Positions 1 to 8,747 of a stretch of 35,973 nt of DNA are shown here, piece by piece. The notes below the pieces were generated by a model that saw nothing but the letters and a program-made list of their open reading frames with translations, was not told the DNA's origin and made no database searches. Each line of letters starts with the position of its first letter. Position 1 is the first letter of the stretch. Position numbers and translations under genes: made by a program. Origin of the DNA: Candidatus Methylomirabilia bacterium (GTDB lineage Bacteria > Methylomirabilota > Methylomirabilia > Rokubacteriales > CSP1-6); the NCBI GenBank assembly GCA_046758965.1, contig JBHIBG010000021.1, positions 1-35,973 of the forward strand, read 5' to 3'.

Positions 1-14
1 TTTTCTTCACGGGG

Positions 15-371
15 CTATCTCCCCTGTGTCAGGACTGCGCGTTTGGGAACCCCGTATTCCGGCATCACTGAAGCGCGCCACGTTCTTGAAGTCGCCGAGG
101 GCCACTCCTGCGCCCGGTGGCCGGCGGGGAAGACGCCTCGCGTGTAGGGGTAGTCCCCGGGGAACCCGAGATCCCGGAGGTAATCCCTCCCCTGGACGTC
201 CAGGGGAGTGTAGAGCAGTTTCAGCGGAAGACCCGACTGCGTCCGGGCCTCCCGATCGTCCTGCGCACAGGCGCCGAGGATCGCCCGCACCCGCTTCTCG
301 TACGCCTGACGGGCCCTCTTGAACTGTCTCAGCGCTTCCGCGGGCCCCATCGCCTCGCCCTGAATCCCCAT
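15..371 (-). pseudogene. Truncated or internally deleted methylmalonyl-CoA mutase large (N-terminal) subunit remnant
   Basis: ATG at 371 follows a GGGAAGGG purine run. The translation has the mutase N-terminal signature TQSGLPLKLLYTPLD...DLGFPGDYPYTRGVFP..HR..EW, then loses similarity (no TMRQYAGFG) and stops after 118 aa. Confidence 0.7.
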
Positions 372-388
372 GGTCGTTTCCCTTCCCC

Positions 389-2104
389 TCAGCTGAACAT
401 CCCCCCCATGCGCGTTCCGGCAACCCGATTGATCACAATCAGGCTGACGGTGGCGACGATGATCAGGATGAACCCGAGCGCCGCGGCCTCGCTCTGCGAG
501 CCTGTGAGGTAGAACGTAAAAATCCCGAACGGGATCGTCTCCCACCCGCCCAGCGCCAGGAAGAGAGTCGCCGAGGCTTCCTGCAGCGACGTCATAAATG
601 AGAACAGGGCGCCGACCAAAATTCCTTTCCAGACCATGGGCAGCGTAATGTCCCAGTACGTCCGGAGCCTCGAGGCGCCGACGGCGCCCGCAGCCTCCTC
701 CAACGACTTGTGAACCAAAAGCAGCGATGAGTAGGACCCACGCACGGTGTACGGTAGGCGGCGCACCGCCAGGACGAGCGGTAGGATGATCCAGAGGCTG
801 GTCAGCGGCGTGTCCGTGCCGGGAATGTCGAAATGGAACGCCCGGATGTACGCGATGCCGATCGCGGTCCCGGGGATCGCCAGGATGAGTGTGTTCAGGG
901 AGTCCAGGGCGGCCCTCCCCCTCGCCTGGGTCCGTGCGAGGATCCAGGCCATCGGCACGCCGATCAGGATGCAAAGGCCTACCGCCAGCCCCGAGTACAG
1001 GAACGTGTTGAAGATGTATTTCGGCGCTTCCGTGCTGACGCGGGCGAAAGAAGCGAGGGTGAACTGCAGCGGCAACGGCGTCAGCGACCAGGCCTTGCCG
1101 AAGGCGGCTAGCGTGACCCCGATAAAGGGGATGAAGGAGGCGAACATCAGAGCGCTCAGGAACGCCACCGCGCCCCAGCGCTTGAGCGGGGACAGGCGCC
1201 GCCGCTCCACCCTGGAGTAGGCCAGGGACGAATAGTCCTTGATGGCCACGTAACGGCGGGCAGCCAGCAGAAAGACAATAGCCAGGATCACCATCAGGGC
1301 CGAGATCACGATCCCCATTCGGAACAGGTGGCGGTCTACGAACTGGACGATGTTCAAATACGCCTGGGAGGCCAGCAGGTCGTGGACACCGACCACCAGG
1401 GGTGTTGCAAAGTCCGCAAACGTCAAGATGAAGACGAGTAGCGCGCCCGAAATGTAGCCAGGCGTGGTCAGCGGCAACGTGATCGTCCGAGTCTTGTACC
1501 AGCCCCGCGCCCCCACGCCCTCCGCTGCCTCCTCCAGCGACGGGTCCACCTTGCTCAGGGCGTCCAGGACATTCAGGGTGATCAGCGGAAACAGATGGAG
1601 CGCCTCCACGAGCATGACCCCGTGGATCCCGTACATGAAATTGATGGGTGTGACCACGCCGAACCAGTCGTGAAGCAGCACGTTTACCGTCCCCGCACGG
1701 CCCAGGATGAAGATGAACCCCAACACCCCGACTAAGGGGGGGGAGATAATAGGGATCAGGGTCAGGTAGGAGAACAGGTTTCGGAACGGGAACTCGTATC
1801 GAACCAGGAGAAAGGCCACGGAGATCCCCAGGATAGATGAGGTGATGACTGTCCCGACACTCAGCCACAGGGAATTCCAAAGCGACCGGAGGTAGTACCG
1901 GTCCGTGAAAAATTCCTGCAAGTTCTGGAGGGTCAGTTGCCCGGCTTCGTTGGTGAAGGCATCGTAGAAGATTCGGGTGAGCGGATAGATCAGGAACAGG
2001 ATGAGGAAAGCCCAGATGAGGCTCATCCCTAGCGCACCGGCCGCGCGGCCTTTCGGAGAACTGACCGCCTCGGACACGGCGGCAAGGACCCCGACATTTG
2101 CCAT
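389..2104 (-). CDS. ABC transporter permease with two BPD_transp_1 domains (FbpB/AfuB Fe3+-type family)
   Basis: 571 aa with about 12 hydrophobic segments and two EAA loops (LEEAAEGVGA, LEEAAGAVGAS). Adjacent to the ATPase and binding protein. Confidence 0.92.
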   Translation of the reverse strand: MANVGVLAAVSEAVSSPKGRAAGALGMSLIWAFLILFLIYPLTRIFYDAFTNEAGQLTLQNLQEFFTDRYYLRSLWNSLWLSVGTVITSSILGISVAFLLVRYEFPFRNLFSYLTLIPIISPPLVGVLGFIFILGRAGTVNVLLHDWFGVVTPINFMYGIHGVMLVEALHLFPLITLNVLDALSKVDPSLEEAAEGVGARGWYKTRTITLPLTTPGYISGALLVFILTFADFATPLVVGVHDLLASQAYLNIVQFVDRHLFRMGIVISALMVILAIVFLLAARRYVAIKDYSSLAYSRVERRRLSPLKRWGAVAFLSALMFASFIPFIGVTLAAFGKAWSLTPLPLQFTLASFARVSTEAPKYIFNTFLYSGLAVGLCILIGVPMAWILARTQARGRAALDSLNTLILAIPGTAIGIAYIRAFHFDIPGTDTPLTSLWIILPLVLAVRRLPYTVRGSYSSLLLVHKSLEEAAGAVGASRLRTYWDITLPMVWKGILVGALFSFMTSLQEASATLFLALGGWETIPFGIFTFYLTGSQSEAAALGFILIIVATVSLIVINRVAGTRMGGMFS

Positions 2105-2111
2105 GGCAGGG

Positions 2112-3197
2112 TTACTCCTTGGGAATCGCTAGGGTGCTGGTGACCGGGAAGCTGACCGTGACCCGACTCCCCTGGGCCAGCGTCTGGTGATGGCGAGGGT
2201 CGTTGATATCGACCTTCAACACTACACCCCCCGCCGTCTCCACATCGTAACGGATGATATTCCCCAGGTAGGAGGCAAAGGAGATGATGCCGGTCACACG
2301 ATTCGGCTTGTCGGCCCCGGCGCTGGCACTGCCGTCGAAAGTGACATTCTCCGGACGGATGCAGAGGACACAGGGTTGGCCCGTCTCCGGGCGAGCCTCA
2401 TACAGGCCGACCAGTTCTCCGAGTGGCGTCTCGACCCGTAGCTGGTGCGCCACTGGATCCACAGTCTGGACTGTCCCCTCGATGAGGTTGTTGGTGCCGA
2501 TGAAGTCCGCTACGAAGCGCGTCGCGGGCTGCTCGTACAGGTCCTTGGGCGTCCCGACCTGAAGTACCCTTCCTCGGTCGATGACCGCGATCCGGTCGGA
2601 CAGGGACAGTGCCTCTTCCTGGTCGTGGGTCACGTAGATCGTCGTGATCCCGAGTTCTTTTTGCAGTCTCCGGATCTCAGCCCGCACCTGAATCCGGATC
2701 TTCGCGTCCAGGTTCGACAACGGCTCATCCAGGAGCAGGACATGGGGGTTCAGCACCAAAGCGCGCGCCAGTGCCACCCGTTGCTGCTGGCCCGCGGACA
2801 ACTGACCCGGGTAGCGCTGCTCCAGCCCGGTCAGATTGACCTTGGCCAGAACGTCCCGCACCTGCTCCGAGATTTCCCTGGAGGATAGCCGCTTCAGCTT
2901 TAACCCATAGACCACGTTCTGGTGGACGCTCATGTGGGGCCAGAGCGCGTAGTTCTGGAACACCATCCCGATGTTCCGCTCGTATGGCGGGACCTTGTGC
3001 ATCGGTCGGTCCCTGAACCGGATGCGGCCTTCGTCCGGATAGTAGAAGCCGGCGACCAGCCGGAGCAAGGTAGTCTTGCCGCATCCAGAAGGTCCCAGTA
3101 GGGTGAATAACTCACCCTCCCGAATGTCCAATGTGACGTGGCTGACCGCTTCTAGTTCGCCGAACCGCTTGGTGACGTCCTCAATCAGGATGTGCAT
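2112..3197 (-). CDS. ABC transporter ATP-binding protein (PotA/FbpC type, C-terminal TOBE)
   Basis: Walker A GPSGCGKT, Q-loop VFQNYAL, signature variant LSAGQQQR, Walker B LLLDEP, H-loop VTHDQEEA. Confidence 0.95.
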   Translation of the reverse strand: MHILIEDVTKRFGELEAVSHVTLDIREGELFTLLGPSGCGKTTLLRLVAGFYYPDEGRIRFRDRPMHKVPPYERNIGMVFQNYALWPHMSVHQNVVYGLKLKRLSSREISEQVRDVLAKVNLTGLEQRYPGQLSAGQQQRVALARALVLNPHVLLLDEPLSNLDAKIRIQVRAEIRRLQKELGITTIYVTHDQEEALSLSDRIAVIDRGRVLQVGTPKDLYEQPATRFVADFIGTNNLIEGTVQTVDPVAHQLRVETPLGELVGLYEARPETGQPCVLCIRPENVTFDGSASAGADKPNRVTGIISFASYLGNIIRYDVETAGGVVLKVDINDPRHHQTLAQGSRVTVSFPVTSTLAIPKE

Positions 3198-3226
3198 GCT
3201 GCTGGATGGGGACGGGTCAGCAGCAG

Positions 3227-4372
3227 TTATCTCTTCTTGAGCTCTTCCAGACGGCTTTCGATCCTCCTCCGGAACTCCCGGTTGACCTCCTGGTACCGGG
3301 ATCGGGCGACCGCATCGTCGTACACATTCCGCACGTCGAGGTCGAAGAACGAGCGGACGCCGCCCATGAACTCCACCGCCTTTTCCTCCACGGAGCCGGG
3401 AGCTCCCTGCATCCGGTAGCCGGGAATGATGGAAAACAAGCCAATTCCCATGAACGCCCGTTGCCCGGCCTCCGTAAGCATGAACTCAATGAATGCCTGG
3501 GCGGCACGCGGGTGCCGGGCGCCCGCGAGCACGCCCCAGACTTCCGGGGCGACGTAGGAGTTCGGGGCGAACACGAAACGGATGGGAAACCCTTGCAGGC
3601 GCTCATCGAAGGCGCCAATACTCGGCACTGCGAACCCTGCGGCGAACTCCCCCTTTGCGACTACAGCGGGCACGTCACGGCTCCGAGCCGTGAACATCCC
3701 CGTGCGAGCCGCCAATCGTTCTAGCCATTCCCAACCCTTCTCCAGCCCGAGGTCTTGCAAGAAGACTTCGTACAGGGCATGGTTGGAGCTGGACCGGGTT
3801 GGGGCGCACTGGGCGATTCTCCCGCGCAGCTTCGGGTCGAAGAGATCGTTCCAATCCGCCGGCGGCGGGAGCCCCATCCGCTCGTAGAGCCGCTCGTTGT
3901 ACACGAGGCCGTAGACTTGAAACGCGCTGCCGACCCAGAGCCGCTTCGGGTCCCTGAGGGGTATCGGCTTCGGCGCTCCGATCTTGGCCGGGATCTGCTT
4001 CCAGAGGGGTGCGGGCACTGTCAAGGGAGTCAAAAGCCCCCTCGCTCCCAGGTCGTCGTAAAGGGTGCTCTCGCCACCCCAGAAGATGTCAGCCTGCGGG
4101 CGACCTTTCCACTCGACGACCCGGCCGTAGGCGATAGGGGTTCCCGCGGTCAAGGTGTTGACGGTGACGGCGATCCCCCAGCGCTGCCGCGCGTAGGCTT
4201 TGAAGGCGGAGATGGCCGCGTCGGCCATCCGCTTTGGGATCGTCGCAAGGATCACCAGCTCCTTCTCGATGGGGGGGGCGCTCTGCGCTGCCACATCGGA
4301 TAATGCGCCCGACCCAAGGAGCACGACGGTCAATAATCCCGGGATCCACCACCGAATTCGCATCGTTCCCAT
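3227..4372 (-). CDS. ABC transporter periplasmic substrate-binding protein (AfuA/FbpA-like family)
   Basis: GGAGG RBS before ATG at 4372, signal peptide ending VAAQ, motifs PQADIFWGG, P..W.DL.DP, PTRSSS and VAKGEF. Substrate cannot be assigned. Confidence 0.88.
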   Translation of the reverse strand: MGTMRIRWWIPGLLTVVLLGSGALSDVAAQSAPPIEKELVILATIPKRMADAAISAFKAYARQRWGIAVTVNTLTAGTPIAYGRVVEWKGRPQADIFWGGESTLYDDLGARGLLTPLTVPAPLWKQIPAKIGAPKPIPLRDPKRLWVGSAFQVYGLVYNERLYERMGLPPPADWNDLFDPKLRGRIAQCAPTRSSSNHALYEVFLQDLGLEKGWEWLERLAARTGMFTARSRDVPAVVAKGEFAAGFAVPSIGAFDERLQGFPIRFVFAPNSYVAPEVWGVLAGARHPRAAQAFIEFMLTEAGQRAFMGIGLFSIIPGYRMQGAPGSVEEKAVEFMGGVRSFFDLDVRNVYDDAVARSRYQEVNREFRRRIESRLEELKKR

Positions 4373-4431
4373 GTGATCCTCCACGCCGGACTCCGAGGCG
4401 TCGCGACTTGGCTGCCAGCCGCCGGGGCGAC

Positions 4432-5139
4432 TCAATAAATATGAAGGGTCAGCGCCGGCCTGTTCCGCACATCGTCCAGGCGCGGTCGCCCCTCAACCAC
4501 CCGCACCTGGCGATCGTGGCCTGGGATGATGGCATCCACGGATGCCAACAGTCGATCGATCGACCGGCTGGCCTGTTCCTGGTCACACACCGCGCTCGGG
4601 TACACCTGTCCAGTGATCAACTCGCTGATGCTCTTGGCCGCGTCGGATGCGATGGCCACCCTGCCGGTCGGTGTCTCAGCGATCGCCGACATCGTGCCCG
4701 GGGTGTGGCCGGGAGTGAAGAGGAGCCGCAGGTCAGGGGCGAGCGAGATTTCCGCGTCTACCGTCTCGGCCTTCAGGCAATTGAGCAAGCCATCCGGATC
4801 GTCAATGACATACGGATCCCCATACGGCGTCTGGCGGACAGCCCAGTCGGCAAACTCGTACTCTGCCTTGCTGACGAGGACTCTAGCGGAGGTGAAGAAT
4901 CGCGCGTTGATGCAGTGGTCGAAATGCAGATGCGTCAAGATCAGGATGTGAATGTCATCCGGACGCAGGCCGCGCCGTTGTAGCGCCTCGAAGAGCTGCA
5001 CCCGGTCAGCGTAGGAGGCGCAGTCTACGAGGACCTTGGCACCCTCATCCGTGCTCACCAACGTGCAGGAACTGTATCCGATCGAACCCCGCGCCGTCCG
5101 CAGCGGATAGCCGGGAAGAACGATGTCCACCGTGGCCAT
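4432..5139 (-). CDS. Metallo-beta-lactamase-fold hydrolase (AHL-lactonase/MBLAC1-like)
   Basis: THLHFDH (HxHxDH), TPGHTPG, SDA and IIPGHD motifs. GGAGG RBS 6 nt before ATG at 5139. Confidence 0.88.
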   Translation of the reverse strand: MATVDIVLPGYPLRTARGSIGYSSCTLVSTDEGAKVLVDCASYADRVQLFEALQRRGLRPDDIHILILTHLHFDHCINARFFTSARVLVSKAEYEFADWAVRQTPYGDPYVIDDPDGLLNCLKAETVDAEISLAPDLRLLFTPGHTPGTMSAIAETPTGRVAIASDAAKSISELITGQVYPSAVCDQEQASRSIDRLLASVDAIIPGHDRQVRVVEGRPRLDDVRNRPALTLHIY

Positions 5140-5340
5140 GCAGAACCTCCGGATCTCGCTAACGCGAAGATAGACTCCTCTCTCCCAGCCATCGTCGCCT
5201 CCACTCAACTGATTGAGTGTCGGCGCACTGTCGATCGTCCGGCGTTCCGGAGTTTCGCGTTCTCCCCTTGTACCTCGCCGTTTGCCGTAGCTCCAGGGCC
5301 ATTTGCCTTAAATTGGTGGCCCGATTGCACTAGTCCGCTC

Positions 5341-7755
5341 TCATGCCCGTCGGCGAACCCCGCGGATCAGCCACCACTCCGCCAGCCCCACCACCCCGAT
5401 GCCGAAGACAGCGTAAAGGTAAACAGTCACGGGCATGGCGGCCTCCAGGACGATGAAGTTCCACGAGGACAGGGACATCATCAGTCCCTTCTCGCCGTTT
5501 GAGCCGTCCCAGGCCTGGATCGCGAAGGGAATGAGCCTCCCGAGCTCAAACGTCACGTCGCCGGTCCGGTCGTGGGGAACCAGGGAGCGCGTCACCACCA
5601 CCCGCCACCGGCCCCGCCGCCACACCCCCTTGCCCGTAACATCCTGCGCCTCCCGTGAGGCCTCCACCACCGGCCGCTGAAATCCCTCTCCGCGCTCCTT
5701 GACCACGGGGCTGCCCCCGGCCTCGTTCAGGTCGGCCTTCCAGTGCCACAGCGCCACGGGCCGCCCGGGGCTGCCGAGGAAGAAATGCGGCCGCACAGGG
5801 CCCTCGGGAATGGTCAGCGGAAACTGAAGCCGCACGGCGTCACGCAGGCGTTCGCTCCGCTTCTCGGTCAGATCGAGCTTGGGGTACGTGAACTCGCCCA
5901 GCTCCGGACCCGGGCCCGGCTGATGCTGGACATCCTTCACGGGATCATCCCACTCCAGGAGAAAGGCGATGGCCTGGTCGTTATAGAGGGCCCGGACTGT
6001 CACGGCGTCCACGGAGTGATTCTCCCAGCGCGGCTTGGCCAGCACCTGGCCCGCCAGCGGCACCGCGAGGAAGGGTGCCTGGCGCCACTGTGGGTCATCC
6101 GGGTCCCTCGGCAGCTCCGCCGCGACTTTCGGCACCCTGAGGGCCAGGGCGGCTGACGGCTCCTCCGGGGTCTGCAGGGCCTTCACGTAGTGGGCCAGCG
6201 CCCAGCGGTCCTCCTCCGAGAAGGTGTCGGCATAGGAGGGCATCGGCGTGCCGTCCATTCCGGTGGAGAAGCGCATGAAGATCTTCTGCACCTCGCGCCC
6301 GCCCTTGATCCGCCACCCTTTCGTGAAGTCGGCCGGCCGGATGGAGCGGTCCAGGTCATCCTTCAGCGTGGGCGCCGAGGGGCCGTCCGCGCGCCCCTCG
6401 TCGCCGTGGCACTCCCAGCACTTGGCCAGCCGGTAGAGCTCCTTCCCCCGGGCGAGCAGTTCGGGTGACGCGGAGACCTCCCGGGTCGGCTGGACCACGA
6501 TGCCCGGCTCCTCAAACATATCTGGAGCAAACGTTTTGATGTAATAGATCACCCGCCACCGGTCGGCCTCCGAGAGCGTGGTCCAGCCAGACATCGCCGT
6601 GCCGGGCACCCCGCGCGTCACCACCCGGAAGAGATCCTCATCCGTAGGCGGCTCGCCCGACTCGGTAGTGCGGAGCTTGTAGATCCCTGCTGTGAAGTCG
6701 CGCGGGCGCGGGTTCAGGTAGGGCGCCACCGGCCCCTGGCCGTCTCCTTCCTCACCGTGGCAGACCTGGCAGCGCTTCACGTAGATTCGTCTTCCCCTCT
6801 CGATGTTCTCCGGCGTCTCCGATGGTCGGGCCTGGGCCCAGGCGGAGGACGGCCCAAGCCCGCCCCACGACCCTACCGCGATGGTCCCGGGACCGGTTGC
6901 CTCGATCTTCTCGGGCTTCCGGGGCTCGACCCCTGCCAGGTCATAGGCCGCCAGGATCGCCTTCCATTTCTGCTCCTCAGTGAGATCCTCCTTCCAGATC
7001 GGCATCGCCGAGTCCCACGGGGTCGCCCCAGGCGGCAGCCCAGGGCCCCCTTCGGTGACGCGCCAGAAGGCGTAGGCTTCGACGACGGTGGCAATCGTGC
7101 CCGGATCGGTGAAGTCGGCCGGCTTCAGGCGAAAGCCCCAGCCCATGGGACCCGAGCCGTCGGCGGGGTCCCCGTGACAGGGCCGACAGTTGATCTGGAA
7201 GATCACCCGCCCCTCGGCGAGCGCGGCCTCCTGAAACGCGCCTCGCGCCTCCTCCAGAGGTCCCTCGAAGCCGACCTTGCCCACCCACTCCTTCACCATC
7301 TCTTCACTCGGCTCGCGGAAGGGGTTCTTCAACCGCTCATACGCGCCGGGGATGGTGGGATGTTGGATTCTGAGGATTGTGGGGCTCTGGACTCGAGGAA
7401 CGGCGCGCGCGTAGACGAAGCCTCCGGCCGTCAGCGGGATGAGGAGGAGGAGAATCAGGCGCGCCCTCCCCAGGAACCGCGCGTTCTGGCCGCGTGGATC
7501 CGGACCACGGAGGAAGGCCACGACCGGCCTGACAAACTCCCGGATGAACTCATCGCTCATGGTGATGTAGACCAGGGCACCCACCACCGCCAGGAGCCCG
7601 TACATGAAGAGGACGGCCCCGGGGACCGGGAGCGGCCGCTCCCTCCCGGTAAACCACATGGTCGCGTAGGGAAGAGCGTATTGAAGGCTCAGCCACACGA
7701 CCGCCAGGGCAATCAGGGTGCTCCAGAAGAGGGGGATTCGGCGCCGGCGGCTCAT
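5341..7755 (-). CDS. Membrane-anchored triheme cytochrome c with EBDH-gamma (DOMON-like) domain
   Basis: Three N-terminal TM helices. CRPCH, CQVCH and CWECH, each followed by a downstream MP (axial Met). VRALYN..IAFLLEWDD, DAVRLQFP and WDGSNGE motifs, plus a C-terminal TM helix. ATGA overlap with the upstream gene. Confidence 0.88.
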   Translation of the reverse strand: MSRRRRIPLFWSTLIALAVVWLSLQYALPYATMWFTGRERPLPVPGAVLFMYGLLAVVGALVYITMSDEFIREFVRPVVAFLRGPDPRGQNARFLGRARLILLLLIPLTAGGFVYARAVPRVQSPTILRIQHPTIPGAYERLKNPFREPSEEMVKEWVGKVGFEGPLEEARGAFQEAALAEGRVIFQINCRPCHGDPADGSGPMGWGFRLKPADFTDPGTIATVVEAYAFWRVTEGGPGLPPGATPWDSAMPIWKEDLTEEQKWKAILAAYDLAGVEPRKPEKIEATGPGTIAVGSWGGLGPSSAWAQARPSETPENIERGRRIYVKRCQVCHGEEGDGQGPVAPYLNPRPRDFTAGIYKLRTTESGEPPTDEDLFRVVTRGVPGTAMSGWTTLSEADRWRVIYYIKTFAPDMFEEPGIVVQPTREVSASPELLARGKELYRLAKCWECHGDEGRADGPSAPTLKDDLDRSIRPADFTKGWRIKGGREVQKIFMRFSTGMDGTPMPSYADTFSEEDRWALAHYVKALQTPEEPSAALALRVPKVAAELPRDPDDPQWRQAPFLAVPLAGQVLAKPRWENHSVDAVTVRALYNDQAIAFLLEWDDPVKDVQHQPGPGPELGEFTYPKLDLTEKRSERLRDAVRLQFPLTIPEGPVRPHFFLGSPGRPVALWHWKADLNEAGGSPVVKERGEGFQRPVVEASREAQDVTGKGVWRRGRWRVVVTRSLVPHDRTGDVTFELGRLIPFAIQAWDGSNGEKGLMMSLSSWNFIVLEAAMPVTVYLYAVFGIGVVGLAEWWLIRGVRRRA

Positions 7756-8747
7756 TTCAGAGTCTGGAGAAATGCCACGATGTCGTGAAGCTCCTCCACC
7801 GTGAGGATCTCCTTGAAGTTCTCCGGCATCAGCGAGGTCGTCTGGGGAACTTTCTGCTTGATCTCCTCCTTGGGGATCGTCACCACCTCCCCCTGGCTGT
7901 CCACTACCTGAATTCCCCCCTCGTCCTCCCCCTTGAGGATGCCGGTGATGTAGCGATCGTTCTTGGTGATGACGAGGATCGGCTCATAGCCGGAGGCGAT
8001 CACCTTGGATGAGTCCAGGATCGACTCGATGAGGAACGTCAGATCCCGGGTGCCGGCGACGTGCGTCAGCTCAGGGCCCACGTCCCCGCCCTCGCCGTTG
8101 ATGGTGTGGCACTTGGCACACCCCGCACTCGACTCGGGATCGAAGAAGAGCTCCTCCCCGCTCTCGGGATCGCCTGGAATGTACAGCCTCAGCGCTTCGG
8201 CCTCTCCCGCACGTGCGAGGCGAGCCAGGAGCCCCTGCGGAAGCTTGATGGCCGCCACATCCACGGTCCCGCCGAGGCTCTGGAGATAGGCAATGACGGC
8301 CCTAATCGCGTCTGGCGTGAGGCGGATGGGCGGGCGGAGGGGGTTAGGCATCTCGTTCTTGTATCCCTCAACCACGTACGCCCCAGGCTCCAGCAACGAC
8401 TCCACGAGATAGTCCGTCGCCGAGTAGGGCTTCCCTGTGGCCGTCGTGCGCTCCTTGGCCCGCTCAACAGCCCGCGCCCCGATCGCCAGCCCGAGGGGGC
8501 CCGGATCGCCCTGGTTGGGGGCCCGGATGGCGTTCCCCCGGCTCCCCACCGCGTGGCAGGTATAGCATTTCCCTTTCCCCCAGAAAATGGTTTCGCCGGC
8601 CTCTGGAGTGACGTTCTCCGCGGTGATCACCCCCGGGGCTCGCCGCTCTCGTTCACCGGAGATCCGGGTGAGCACCTCGCCGATCCAGACGAAGACCAAA
8701 ACAAGGGCGATGGTAAAGATGACCACCCCCATGAACGGCCGCCTCAC
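7752..8747 (-). CDS. Membrane-anchored diheme cytochrome c
   Basis: Likely true start is GTG at 8747 (GGAGG RBS, GTGA overlap with the cydA-like stop). N-terminal TM, CYTCH...EMP and CAKCH...GPELT...SLMP. The first 504 aa of the 835-aa track ORF are a frame shadow. Confidence 0.87.
   Translation of the reverse strand: MRRPFMGVVIFTIALVLVFVWIGEVLTRISGERERRAPGVITAENVTPEAGETIFWGKGKCYTCHAVGSRGNAIRAPNQGDPGPLGLAIGARAVERAKERTTATGKPYSATDYLVESLLEPGAYVVEGYKNEMPNPLRPPIRLTPDAIRAVIAYLQSLGGTVDVAAIKLPQGLLARLARAGEAEALRLYIPGDPESGEELFFDPESSAGCAKCHTINGEGGDVGPELTHVAGTRDLTFLIESILDSSKVIASGYEPILVITKNDRYITGILKGEDEGGIQVVDSQGEVVTIPKEEIKQKVPQTTSLMPENFKEILTVEELHDIVAFLQTLK

Noticed and set aside
372..1880. N-terminal part of the 621-aa ORF
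   Set aside because: Alternate-frame shadow of the ABC permease; only the last 118 aa have a recognisable motif.
5314..5329. Plus-strand TGGTGGCCCGATTGCA sigma54-like site
   Set aside because: Poor -24 element, and it points antisense into a gene.
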